Below are positions 37,751 through 45,814 of a stretch of 63,361 nt of DNA, piece by piece. Positions within the stretch are counted from its first letter, which is position 1; each line of letters opens with the position of its first letter. Origin of the DNA: a virus (Duplodnaviria > Caudoviricetes); the IMG/VR virus record IMGVR_UViG_3300047463_000230, positions 1-63,361 of that record; one strand, 5' to 3'. A program made the position numbers and the translations under genes. The notes beneath the pieces were generated by a model. It searched no databases. It saw only the letters and a program-made list of their open reading frames with translations, and was not told the DNA's origin.

Positions 37751-37809
37751 GACCGAAACCGGAACGCAAGGCGCTCCGGTCCATCCGTGAAGCGGATGCC
37801 GATGAGGTC
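37751..37809 (+). ncRNA. Type II hammerhead ribozyme, copy 2 (predicted cleavage after 37781)
   Basis: gacc-GAAA-ccggaacgc/gcgctccgg-UC-catccg/cggatg-CCGAUGA-ggtc; compensatory change in stem II. Confidence 0.8.
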
Positions 37810-37843
37810 AAAGGCTCGTCTGGAACCAACTTAGGAGACTAAA

Positions 37844-38302
37844 ATGAAGATCGAAAACATCACGACTGCTTCGACCAAGGAGCTGATTTCGTTCTACAAT
37901 GCTAACTCTGGCCGACCACTGGTCAAGAAGTTTGCCGACCGTAAGACTGCTGAGGCCCGTGTGAAGAATGTCATTGAGTCGATTGCCAAGAGCGAGCCGG
38001 CTAAAGTTGAAAAGACTGAGAGTGTCAAGCAGACCAAGGCCCCCAAAGCTGAGCGCGGCATTGTTGGCGCTGGTACCAATCGAGAGGTTCTTTTCAACTG
38101 CCTCACAGCGCGCATCAACAAGATGGTTCCCATGAGCCAGCTCATGATTGCCGTCTATGGCGATGCCAACAAAAGCAACAAGAGCAAGCTCATGATGGTT
38201 ATGAAGGGCATCAATTTTGTGATTGCATCCAAGGGCCTCCCCTTCACCATCAAAAAGGTTCGCGAAAATAAGGAGAATCACTTTGGACTCTTTGATGCCT
38301 AA
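37844..38302 (+). CDS. Hypothetical basic protein
   Basis: AGGAG RBS; EL...YN...VKKF.DRKTA..R module plus wHTH-like C-terminus. Confidence 0.55.
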   Translation: MKIENITTASTKELISFYNANSGRPLVKKFADRKTAEARVKNVIESIAKSEPAKVEKTESVKQTKAPKAERGIVGAGTNREVLFNCLTARINKMVPMSQLMIAVYGDANKSNKSKLMMVMKGINFVIASKGLPFTIKKVRENKENHFGLFDA

Positions 38303-38546
38303 GCTGTCAGTTCGTGAGGCCGGGCTTTTCAAATATTTGAAAGCCCGGCGCTCTTGGGTCACAAGCCTTGAACTCTGCCAACATGAATTTGGCAAGTTCA
38401 TCGACTGGCCAATTAATGCTAGAGTCATCATGACTGGCTGCATCGCTGGAATTTCAAAAAAACTCCAGCGAGCAAACTCGCCAGTAATGATTGAAAAACA
38501 AGGCGGAGGCCGTGGCGGTGTTTCATACCGCATCACAAGGAGATAA
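38295..38546 (+). CDS. Winged-helix-like protein
   Basis: LS.RE..LF.YL...I..I.KKL...GRGG..Y. Confidence 0.45.
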   Translation: MPKLSVREAGLFKYLKARRSWVTSLELCQHEFGKFIDWPINARVIMTGCIAGISKKLQRANSPVMIEKQGGGRGGVSYRITRR

Positions 38547-38552
38547 TCAAAC

Positions 38553-38792
38553 ATGGGCAATGCAGCATATGAGGCGCGGAGAGTAGCCGAGGAAGGCGCC
38601 AAACAAGCGGAGGCTGACGAACAGGCAGAATTTGCTTTGTTCGTCACTGCTATGATGAAGGCTATGCGGGACTTTGTCGAGGGTCGGGCGTCCATTGTGA
38701 TGTGGCCGATGAATGCCGGCATCGAGTCCGGCGGCTATGATGTCCGTTTCAAGATGGACGAGCAGCAGAGGGATACCAATGACAGCATATGA
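38553..38792 (+). CDS. Hypothetical protein
   Basis: AAGGAG RBS. Confidence 0.45.
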   Translation: MGNAAYEARRVAEEGAKQAEADEQAEFALFVTAMMKAMRDFVEGRASIVMWPMNAGIESGGYDVRFKMDEQQRDTNDSI

Positions 38793-39087
38793 AAGCTACC
38801 TAGGGAACTGTCAACTTTTATCCATTGCGTGCGCGGCTGCCTTTTTCGCCCTGGCGTTCGGCATGCTTCTCGAGCGTAGCGGCGCCCTTGCCAAAGCGCG
38901 TGGACGGGCACGGGCAGACGCCATCAATGAGGCAGTGGCCATGATCCAGAAACACGCGTCGACCATGGAGACCGGGACAATCGCGGAGGGGTCGGACCTC
39001 AACGGTTACATGAAACTTAAAGCGTCCCACTACAGGCAAGCGGCGCAACGTGTGACGGCGCTGCATCAGGAGGCTACCAATGGATGA
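38779..39087 (+). CDS. Membrane-anchored hypothetical protein
   Basis: Hydrophobic N-terminal segment. Confidence 0.45.
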   Translation: MTAYESYLGNCQLLSIACAAAFFALAFGMLLERSGALAKARGRARADAINEAVAMIQKHASTMETGTIAEGSDLNGYMKLKASHYRQAAQRVTALHQEATNG

Positions 39088-39619
39088 GGAAACAGAACGG
39101 GGATACAGGGGCAGTTGTTGGACCCCCACCAATGTCAAGATATTACGGGACATGTGGGCCAAGAAATGCTACGTCCGCGACATATGCGCGGCCATTGGTC
39201 CGGGCGCCAGCCGCAACGCCGTCATCGGCAAGGCACATCGTCTCGGCCTTGGCACCAAGCGCGACGAGTGGAAGCGACTGCGGGCCGAGGCCCGAGATGC
39301 CCGCCTTAAGGCCAAGGCGCAGGCCCGCGCGTTGGCGCTGGCACAGGCCAGCGACCCCACACTTAAGGCGCTGACGCGGGACAAGCGCGCCAGCATACTC
39401 GACGACTTGGCCATACAGGGCGAGGTCCGGGCAACACTGGAACAAATGACTAAGCGCAGCCGGCTGCGGTTCATGCTCAAGTCGCATCCTAAGTGCACAT
39501 GGTTTGGCTGTGACAGCCCGCCGTATGAACGCGGCAAGCCATATTGCCGCGACCACCGTCATGCCGTTATGGTCCAACCAACAGGGGTCATTTATGCAGG
39601 GTCCGGGCTTAGTCGATAA
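39080..39619 (+). CDS. gcrA: GcrA-like cell-cycle regulator
   Basis: WT......L..MW......I...IG..SRNAVIGKAHRLGL and C-terminal C.W..C...PYC..H. Confidence 0.8.
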   Translation: MDEETERGYRGSCWTPTNVKILRDMWAKKCYVRDICAAIGPGASRNAVIGKAHRLGLGTKRDEWKRLRAEARDARLKAKAQARALALAQASDPTLKALTRDKRASILDDLAIQGEVRATLEQMTKRSRLRFMLKSHPKCTWFGCDSPPYERGKPYCRDHRHAVMVQPTGVIYAGSGLSR

Positions 39620-39711
39620 CGAACAGGTCATCAGCTATGCCCTCGCCATCCTAATGGTGCTGGCTGGCTTCGCGCTCGCGGCCTATATGGCGTTTTGAAA
39701 AGGGGCGGCTA

Positions 39712-39897
39712 ATGGAAGCGGGCGGCTATTTCATTGGAATTGGCAATCCAACGCTGTTTTGCCAACTATGTGGGGGTCGCGTCAGCACTACGGAACACTT
39801 TTGCCACCGGCATGCCTTATCCCAGTCGGCAGCACAGGCCCTTGTAGATAAGCGTATCCCGATGCAACTGGTACGCCACCTGAAACCAACAACATAG
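39712..39897 (+). CDS. Small Cys/His protein
   Basis: CQLC...HFC. Confidence 0.35.
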   Translation: MEAGGYFIGIGNPTLFCQLCGGRVSTTEHFCHRHALSQSAAQALVDKRIPMQLVRHLKPTT

Positions 39898-39905
39898 AGG
39901 TCACC

Positions 39906-40217
39906 ATGGCACTTTTTCACGTCTGCAATATACCAGCGCCAACCGACAATCGGTCGGAAATCGAGTACGCCGTCGATGGCGACAGGATAAAGATCGTGGC
40001 ACGGCGTCGTGACCGCGACTATGGGATGCAGGAGACGGTCATATTTGAGGACACCTTTCCCGACCACTTAGCAACCGACCTGCGGACCCTCCGCATCATG
40101 TTTGCGGCGCGACTGGCTTGGTGCATCAAAGATGCCCGTGACATCGGGTATGAGCAAGCCAAGTCAGAAATACGTCGCGTGCTCGGCATCCCCAACAGCA
40201 CAGGACTGCCCCTGTGA
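39906..40217 (+). CDS. Hypothetical protein
   Basis: GAGG RBS. Confidence 0.45.
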   Translation: MALFHVCNIPAPTDNRSEIEYAVDGDRIKIVARRRDRDYGMQETVIFEDTFPDHLATDLRTLRIMFAARLAWCIKDARDIGYEQAKSEIRRVLGIPNSTGLPL

Positions 40218-40426
40218 CCGTCCGCTGTGTCCACTATGTCGGGTTTTGCGACGACCGCTACTGGAATGCGTTTCGTATCTGGGGCGGTCCTCGCATCATT
40301 CATCGCTGGTGGGACAAGCGGGCGCAGCGTGACATTGCAGAGGGCGATGTCATTATATTTGCAACCGGTGACTGGCAGCAGTCGCCCAGGCACTACAATG
40401 CACCTGACATAACGGACGGCACATGA
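40214..40426 (+). CDS. Small phage protein
   Basis: VHYVGF..D.Y..A..IWG.P..IH..WD.RA...I..GD.IIFA. Confidence 0.55.
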   Translation: MTVRCVHYVGFCDDRYWNAFRIWGGPRIIHRWWDKRAQRDIAEGDVIIFATGDWQQSPRHYNAPDITDGT

Positions 40427-40611
40427 CAAAGCTTTGCCAAGACCTAGCCAACCATGACCCACGCCCGACCGGGGCGCCGCCGGCCCTGCGTGTCAGGTGC
40501 CGTTGCATGGCAAGGTTCGACGTGCCAGACAGTAAGGCGTCGGGGTTCACTGTGCGGTGTGAGCAATGCGGCATGCTGTATCGCTTCGACATAGACGTGA
40601 CGGAACAATAG
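40423..40611 (+). CDS. Zn-ribbon protein
   Basis: CRC...CEQC. Confidence 0.4.
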   Translation: MTKLCQDLANHDPRPTGAPPALRVRCRCMARFDVPDSKASGFTVRCEQCGMLYRFDIDVTEQ

Positions 40612-40621
40612 GGAGGGTTAA

Positions 40622-40858
40622 ATGACGGAAGTTGAGCGTCTTAGGATGGAACTGGGTCGGGCGTATCGTGCGCTGCGCGGTTACTATGGATGTGCGGTCA
40701 AGGGCCGACCTGTCGATGCCACCATGCGCGCCTATCATGCCCCGACCGTTGGGGCGGCGATCCGCTTTGTTCATGAGGAGTCACTTGACGGCGCAGACTA
40801 CTTTGTCGGCAAGCCTATCCAGGTCTTGCACGACGTCCTGCAAACAGCTGAACTGTAG
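40622..40858 (+). CDS. Hypothetical protein
   Basis: GGAGG RBS. Confidence 0.45.
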   Translation: MTEVERLRMELGRAYRALRGYYGCAVKGRPVDATMRAYHAPTVGAAIRFVHEESLDGADYFVGKPIQVLHDVLQTAEL

Positions 40859-40865
40859 GAGAGAC

Positions 40866-41084
40866 ATGATGTCCCTATCAGCCTGTGAGAACTGCAAGTT
40901 CGGTCTCCCCCTTAAGGGATATGGAATACTGGTCTGCCGCCGTTACCCGCCGGTCCCGGTGGCTACTGTCGGGGAATGTTTTGACCCCGGCGATACGCTT
41001 GCCGGATTTTGGCCCCGTGTTGACCCCGACGACATATGCGGCGAATATCAACAATGCACGGGTGATGAACAAAGGAGGTTTTAA
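40866..41084 (+). CDS. Small 4-Cys protein
   Basis: CENCKF...CRRYPP...WP.V...D.CGE. Confidence 0.55.
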   Translation: MMSLSACENCKFGLPLKGYGILVCRRYPPVPVATVGECFDPGDTLAGFWPRVDPDDICGEYQQCTGDEQRRF

Positions 41085-41419
41085 TGACCGTTGTCAGGGT
41101 TGACGCGCTTTGCGTCTGTGACGGCTGCGCCAAGCGCTTTGGCGTAGAGCTGGAAGTCGCGGAGGACTTGTCTATGCACAAGGACTTCGAGACCTTAGTC
41201 CGCAGCACTATCAGAATGGGCGATGCAGCCGGCTACATTTACGGCGTCCGGGGCAAGCAGACCGTTGACCGTTTCCCCCTCAGTTACCCGGTCACGGTGC
41301 AGGCGGGACTGATACTGTGTGATGAGTGCTCACGCAAATGCGACGCCGTGCCGGTTGAAGGCAACTTGACACGCGCCCAGGTCAATGAGGCATTGGGGCT
41401 GCCGGAGGAGACAACATGA
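41084..41419 (+). CDS. Zn-finger hypothetical protein
   Basis: CDGC...CDEC; AAGGAGG RBS. Confidence 0.5.
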   Translation: MTVVRVDALCVCDGCAKRFGVELEVAEDLSMHKDFETLVRSTIRMGDAAGYIYGVRGKQTVDRFPLSYPVTVQAGLILCDECSRKCDAVPVEGNLTRAQVNEALGLPEETT

Positions 41420-41420
41420 C

Positions 41421-41597
41421 ATGTTGATCATGGGCAAAGGTTTCCCGTCCCTAAAGCGCTGGCACCCGCGCCTGCCGCTGCACCGTCGCCTGCGCGCCAC
41501 GGCTATGGGTAAGCCCATATGGCGGCTGCGCGGGCACTTGTTCAAGCACAACAAACGCCGCAAGCCGGGCAAGCGCCGGCTGACCATGAGGTACTGA
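41421..41597 (+). CDS. Very basic small protein
   Basis: Arg/Lys-rich ORF. Confidence 0.35.
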   Translation: MLIMGKGFPSLKRWHPRLPLHRRLRATAMGKPIWRLRGHLFKHNKRRKPGKRRLTMRY

Positions 41598-41598
41598 T

Positions 41599-41802
41599 AT
41601 GAAGCCAGAAGACAGGGCTGCAAAGTGGAATGTCCGTCACGCAGTCGGGTGCCCCGTCGTCTATAGGATGGATGATGGGGTATTGTTCAAGACCGCTACG
41701 CGCAGTGAGGCACAAGTGCTTGGCGGCCATACGGCAGTGGTGTGGGTCGACGGGGTCGCGGGCTGCGTTGCCCTGGACCGTGTCAGCAGCAGGGAGGAAT
41801 GA
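41599..41802 (+). CDS. Small SH3-like phage protein
   Basis: WN....VG.PV...T.TRS.A.VL.GHTAVVW..G..GCV.L. Confidence 0.5.
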   Translation: MKPEDRAAKWNVRHAVGCPVVYRMDDGVLFKTATRSEAQVLGGHTAVVWVDGVAGCVALDRVSSREE

Positions 41803-41803
41803 A

Positions 41804-42127
41804 ATGAGGAATCACATAGACGACGGCACAGCGCCCACGCCCTGCTGCGCCAAGTGCGGCATGGCACTGGGGCAGGTGCGCGTTGAAACAGACGGCTTGC
41901 TGTATCACCCCGGCTGCGGGGTGGCGAAGCGGCCGGGGCCGCCCCCAACGGGGCCACTGATGACGTCATTACAGTTCGACGCCCTTAACGACTGGGTGAC
42001 GGCCAAGATCGAAATGGCGCTGGACGCGCTGGAACATGACGGGCAGGTGTCGCGCGGTTCTACCAATGCCGAGGGCATTGCAAGAGACGTGCTGCATCGC
42101 ATGTTGACGGGGGAGCCGGCGCCATGA
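41804..42127 (+). CDS. Hypothetical protein with LIM-like CxxC..HxxC
   Basis: CAKC...YHPGC. Confidence 0.45.
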   Translation: MRNHIDDGTAPTPCCAKCGMALGQVRVETDGLLYHPGCGVAKRPGPPPTGPLMTSLQFDALNDWVTAKIEMALDALEHDGQVSRGSTNAEGIARDVLHRMLTGEPAP

Positions 42128-42318
42128 TGTTGAAAGTCCTGGAGGGCGCCATCACCGGTGTAGCCATGCTAGTCCTGGCACATTGGTGCGGTGTGCCCAT
42201 AACGTGGCGCCTGTTAGTGTTCGGCACGGCACTGGTCGCTGTAAGCGACATTGTTGCGTACTGGTTGCGTCAGGAAGTGGCCAACATAGAGGGCAGTAAC
42301 GATGGCAGACCCAAATGA
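42124..42318 (+). CDS. Small two-TM membrane protein
   Basis: Two hydrophobic segments. Confidence 0.45.
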   Translation: MMLKVLEGAITGVAMLVLAHWCGVPITWRLLVFGTALVAVSDIVAYWLRQEVANIEGSNDGRPK

Positions 42319-42595
42319 ATGGCGGCGGCACCCTGGATGGATCGCCGCGACCAACCACGCCAGGACCATGGCCGAAATGGGATATAGCCGGGCGCAGCTG
42401 GTTATGATCACCAAGGGCTATCTGGTCGGGTACATGGAAGTGCTGGCGTGTCTGACGGACGACAGACACGCCTTCAATTTCACAATGGCTGAAGCTGACA
42501 GCGTCCTGCTTGACGACCCCACAAGTAAGGGTGAGGAAGGTGCTGTCAAGCTTGACGACATTATGCGGAGGGGAGGCCCCAATGGCACTACTTGA
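42302..42595 (+). CDS. Hypothetical protein
   Basis: Coupled ORF. Confidence 0.4.
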   Translation: MADPNEWRRHPGWIAATNHARTMAEMGYSRAQLVMITKGYLVGYMEVLACLTDDRHAFNFTMAEADSVLLDDPTSKGEEGAVKLDDIMRRGGPNGTT

Positions 42596-42857
42596 TGACC
42601 TTGTCAGCCTGAATGCGCAGGCGACCACCGAGCGGACACACCATTACGTCGGCGACATGACGGCGCGGGCCATAGGGGAAATTGAGAACCTGCGAGCGGT
42701 CATACGGAGTATTGCAGACCCAGGACCGGACATCATTAAGTCCGTCATGAAGCTGTCGGGGTCAAGTGAGGCGGCGAAAACGGCAGCTAGGCTACTCAGC
42801 AACGATGCTGCCTACCTAAAGGAAGTGGCACAAGCTGCCATTAAGGAGTTCCAATGA
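42582..42857 (+). CDS. Hypothetical protein
   Basis: GGAGG RBS. Confidence 0.45.
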   Translation: MALLDDLVSLNAQATTERTHHYVGDMTARAIGEIENLRAVIRSIADPGPDIIKSVMKLSGSSEAAKTAARLLSNDAAYLKEVAQAAIKEFQ

Positions 42858-43051
42858 GCAATCATGACGCTAAGCTGCGAATATTCGGGGCACTGCAACC
42901 ATTAGGCCAGTGCGGCATATGTGGAGCGCTGCTGTATCCAATGACGACGCTTAAAGGTGGCTGCGGCATAACCTGCCCTTTGCGTGGCAGGGAATGGGCG
43001 GAAGCGCTAAAGCTTCACCACGATCTAAATGACCTCAATGTAAAGAAGTAG
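42854..43051 (+). CDS. Hypothetical protein
   Basis: AAGGAG RBS; last plus-strand gene. Confidence 0.4.
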   Translation: MSNHDAKLRIFGALQPLGQCGICGALLYPMTTLKGGCGITCPLRGREWAEALKLHHDLNDLNVKK

Positions 43052-43060
43052 CCGGACCAT

Positions 43061-43094
43061 AAAAAGACGCCGGCCCGTGGCTAGGGCCGGCGTC
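43061..43094 (-). terminator. Rho-independent terminator of the late operon
   Basis: 11-bp stem gacgccggccc/gggccggcgtc with A5 on + (U5 on -) at the convergence point. Confidence 0.75.
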
Positions 43095-43111
43095 AAGTCA
43101 GCGTCAAAAGC

Positions 43112-43180
43112 CTCCTAGCAGCGGGTGGTGGAGTCAGGCTGCTGGGAGCTTGGCTAAGGACGGGCGCTTGCCCGTCCTTA
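43112..43180. other. Two further hairpins at the convergence point
   Basis: ctcctagcagc/gctgctgggag and taaggacgggc/gcccgtcctta. Confidence 0.55.
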
Positions 43181-43182
43181 AA

Positions 43183-43647
43183 TCATTTAGGACTGGCCAG
43201 GACATCAACACGCACCGCTGCCAGCCCATGAAACCCCAACCGCCCGGCCGCCGCCGGGGTCAGGTCTATGATGCGCCCGCGCACAAAGGGACCACGGTCA
43301 ATGATTTTGACTTCGACTGCGCGTCCCTTGTGACTGACCCGGACGCGCGTGCCAAATGGCAGCCGGCGGTGCGCTGCGACCAATGCGCCGGGGTCCAGGC
43401 GGACCCCTGACGCTGTCCGGTGGCCACCCTCGCTGGGCTTGCCACTATAGACAGACGCCACGCCGTACTCAGCCGACCGCGCCGCCACCGGCATCCACAT
43501 CCACAGTGTCACACCAAGGAACAGAGAGACCACACCAAACATCAGCACGATCCAGAATATGGTCCCGAGCCACCACTGCAAGTCAGGATTGATTTGCCCG
43601 ACGGGGTCGTCTGCAATGCGCTTCCAACGGTCCTGTGGTGTCGTCAT
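43183..43647 (-). CDS. Membrane-anchored RlpA-like (DPBB) lytic transglycosylase
   Basis: G.ASVY, TASG, AAHRRLPFGT.VRV, IIDRGPFVRGRIIDL; N-terminal TM. Confidence 0.85.
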   Translation of the reverse strand: MTTPQDRWKRIADDPVGQINPDLQWWLGTIFWIVLMFGVVSLFLGVTLWMWMPVAARSAEYGVASVYSGKPSEGGHRTASGVRLDPGALVAAHRRLPFGTRVRVSHKGRAVEVKIIDRGPFVRGRIIDLTPAAAGRLGFHGLAAVRVDVLASPK

Positions 43648-43853
43648 GGTGTTCCCTTTAAGCTGTGAAACAATGGCACCTTTTTCCAGCGTGGCCAAAG
43701 TGACCCACCGGGGCGACTGCGCTCCATACGGACCTTGGCCCTAGCCAACCCGACACAGACGGGGCAGCCATGCGTCACGTCGCTTTGCATGCCCATAAAG
43801 CGGACGAAGGCAACACTGTGCTTGGCGCAGATCACAGGCGCCCGTAGGCTCAT
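43644..43853 (-). CDS. Small Zn-finger-like protein
   Basis: CAKH...CPVC; coupled. Confidence 0.35.
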   Translation of the reverse strand: MSLRAPVICAKHSVAFVRFMGMQSDVTHGCPVCVGLARAKVRMERSRPGGSLWPRWKKVPLFHSLKGTP

Positions 43854-44509
43854 GCAGCCCATCGTAAGGGCACCCCATTATCATTGGCAGCCGCGACGCG
43901 GTAGGCAATGATGCGCCGGGCCGGGTACCAGCCGTCCGCAACGCGATGGCCATGATTGCCGGACCGCACTAGGACGCGGTCGCCCTGGATTGCCAAGACG
44001 ATGCCGACATGGTGCGGCATGACCGCTATAGCGCCGGGCTGGGCGCCAGTCGGGCGGCCGTAGTGCGCCCAGGACCGGGCGAGGTTGCCTGCGGGGTTGT
44101 CCGGCAAGCCCGCTTGTCGGACGACCAGCCGCATAAAGACGCCGCACCAGACGCGGCCCCAGCCCGTGGGGTTGCCGCCCAGGTACCGACCGGCCACTGA
44201 CGCCAGCGCGGACGCCGCCCAAGGGGCGGTGTTGGCACTGCCGACCCCAGCGCCCTCGGCAACATGGCGCTGGGTGCCCGTCTTGCCATAGCGCCGTGCC
44301 GCCTGCCCGTGCCGCCGGTCAGTGGCGCGGACGGCGTGACTGCGCTTCGACGACTTGCCAATGCAGGCGGCGCCGGGGGCGGTGAACCAGCAATAGGTGG
44401 CAACGCAACAGCGGCGCTGACCGGGGTCACCGCGCCGTGCCTCGGCGCCTGTTGAAACGAAACAAAGAATAGCCAGGACTGTGCAAGCAATGCGCAGCAT
44501 TTGGTTCAC
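43850..44509 (-). CDS. Secreted NlpC/P60-CHAP-like peptidase (TIGR02594-like)
   Basis: Signal peptide; WCG.F, ARSW..YG, PGAIAV, HVGIV, SGN. Confidence 0.75.
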   Translation of the reverse strand: MNQMLRIACTVLAILCFVSTGAEARRGDPGQRRCCVATYCWFTAPGAACIGKSSKRSHAVRATDRRHGQAARRYGKTGTQRHVAEGAGVGSANTAPWAASALASVAGRYLGGNPTGWGRVWCGVFMRLVVRQAGLPDNPAGNLARSWAHYGRPTGAQPGAIAVMPHHVGIVLAIQGDRVLVRSGNHGHRVADGWYPARRIIAYRVAAANDNGVPLRWAA

Positions 44510-44958
44510 CTCTCAGTTACGTTGAACATAATTTTGGGGATGTCAGCCGGTATAGGCCATAGCCATTTCTGCAGTGGGTTGCACCACCGGTAGACGACAG
44601 GTGAGTATATAGCCGGTCCAGGGGCCATGTGCAACGGCAGCGTCAGCAACTTCTGGAAAGTCCGGCCGCCATGGTCCAGGGTCTCGTGATAGACCGTTGG
44701 CGTGCGCTCCATTTCATGGATGTAGCCAAGACTGTCAATAACGCGCTGTATGATGTAGCCGTCGCATGCGCGGTGCTCTGTCGCCGTCCAAGTGATGCGG
44801 ATGGTGTCGCCGGCATGCACGGTCGACGGCGTAATATAGCCGCCCGAAATGGTCACGGGCTGGACCCTATAGGACAGCATGATGGCGATGGGTATCGACA
44901 GTAGCAGCGTTGCGGCTGCTGTTATGATATTGCAAAGTGTCTCCCGCTTCATGGACAT
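44506..44958 (-). CDS. Membrane-anchored Ig-like protein in lysis region
   Basis: N-terminal TM, V.AGD.I...C...CNPL; TGATG coupling. Confidence 0.5.
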   Translation of the reverse strand: MSMKRETLCNIITAAATLLLSIPIAIMLSYRVQPVTISGGYITPSTVHAGDTIRITWTATEHRACDGYIIQRVIDSLGYIHEMERTPTVYHETLDHGGRTFQKLLTLPLHMAPGPAIYSPVVYRWCNPLQKWLWPIPADIPKIMFNVTER

Positions 44959-45215
44959 CACTTTCCCAACAACCTGGTTAGGTGGCGCAGTATGTCCTCG
45001 CCGTTTGCGACAGCTGCTGCAATCGCGGCTGGGAGTCCAACAAACCAAGTCAGGAAAATCCACGCACGTTTCTGTAGCCACCTGGACCGCTCCCAAGCCT
45101 GAAGTAAACTTCTAATCTCTGCACGTTCACGCGGCGTCAGGTCAGCGCCTGAAAACACCTGTCGTGAAAGGTCAAAGCCCTCTATTTCCTCGTCATCCCG
45201 CGCCCCGTCTGCCAT
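44958..45215 (-). CDS. Single-TM protein, holin candidate
   Basis: WIFLTWFVGLPAAIAAAV segment in the lysis cluster. Confidence 0.4.
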   Translation of the reverse strand: MADGARDDEEIEGFDLSRQVFSGADLTPRERAEIRSLLQAWERSRWLQKRAWIFLTWFVGLPAAIAAAVANGEDILRHLTRLLGK

Positions 45216-45305
45216 GGTCTGTTAGCCTTCCGTCCGCTAGCGTGGCTTTTGCCACCGGCTTGTTTCCAGATTGTGCCCCCAACGAAGTCGGGGGCACTAT
45301 CGGTA

Positions 45306-45539
45306 TCACTTGACTGCCCACGCCTTGCAATGCAGGCGGTCGCCTGTGAAGTTGTGGGCACGCAGGTCGGTCACCAGCGCCTTGCCGGCGAACCTGTTAC
45401 TGTCACGGTTCTTGGAGTTGTACTTGATCGGATGCCAGGGGCCGCAGATCGTTTCAACGTCCGTCGTCGTCCCATTGGTCACGCACCCCGCTAGCGGCAT
45501 CGCGCAAAGCGTCAGCGCGAGCATGGTCACCAGTCTCAC
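45306..45539 (-). CDS. Outer-membrane spanin (lipoprotein)
   Basis: Lipobox LAGC after a hydrophobic stretch; overlaps 3' end of i-spanin; start uncertain. Confidence 0.65.
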   Translation of the reverse strand: MRLVTMLALTLCAMPLAGCVTNGTTTDVETICGPWHPIKYNSKNRDSNRFAGKALVTDLRAHNFTGDRLHCKAWAVK

Positions 45540-45813
45540 GCGCTTTTTGTTCGGCCTGCTTCCACTGCTCTCGGACATGTGTTGCTCCGTCGATGTAAGC
45601 CTTTGGGTAAATGTACAGCAGGCCGCAGCATATCGTGATGGTGATGAGACAGCCATACTGGATGCTCCTAGTGAACGGTGCCAGCAGCGGCACCGCGATG
45701 GTGATGTTGGCAAGAAACACCCACACAGCTATGGCCGCCGCCAGCACAAGGCCGGTTACCCCGACCCAGCCTACCAAGCTGTGCCACAGGTAGTTGATAA
45801 CGAAGTGGACCAT
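45454..45813 (-). CDS. Inner-membrane spanin
   Basis: N-terminal TMs, then G...V..QW..A helical tail; follows endolysin. Confidence 0.6.
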   Translation of the reverse strand: MVHFVINYLWHSLVGWVGVTGLVLAAAIAVWVFLANITIAVPLLAPFTRSIQYGCLITITICCGLLYIYPKAYIDGATHVREQWKQAEQKARETGDHARADALRDAASGVRDQWDDDGR

Positions 45814-45814
45814 G

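Noticed and set aside
36819-37781. Excised RNA length (963 nt) is a multiple of 3, suggesting rolling-circle translation
   Set aside because: The DUF932 ORF has its own stop at 37745; one-in-three chance coincidence
36788-37820. Direct repeats read as CRISPR or att sites
   Set aside because: Only two copies ~960 bp apart, no cas or integrase; the hammerhead fold explains them better
45240-45298. Hairpins between o-spanin and holin candidate as a riboswitch
   Set aside because: Simple stem-loops with no recognisable aptamer consensus
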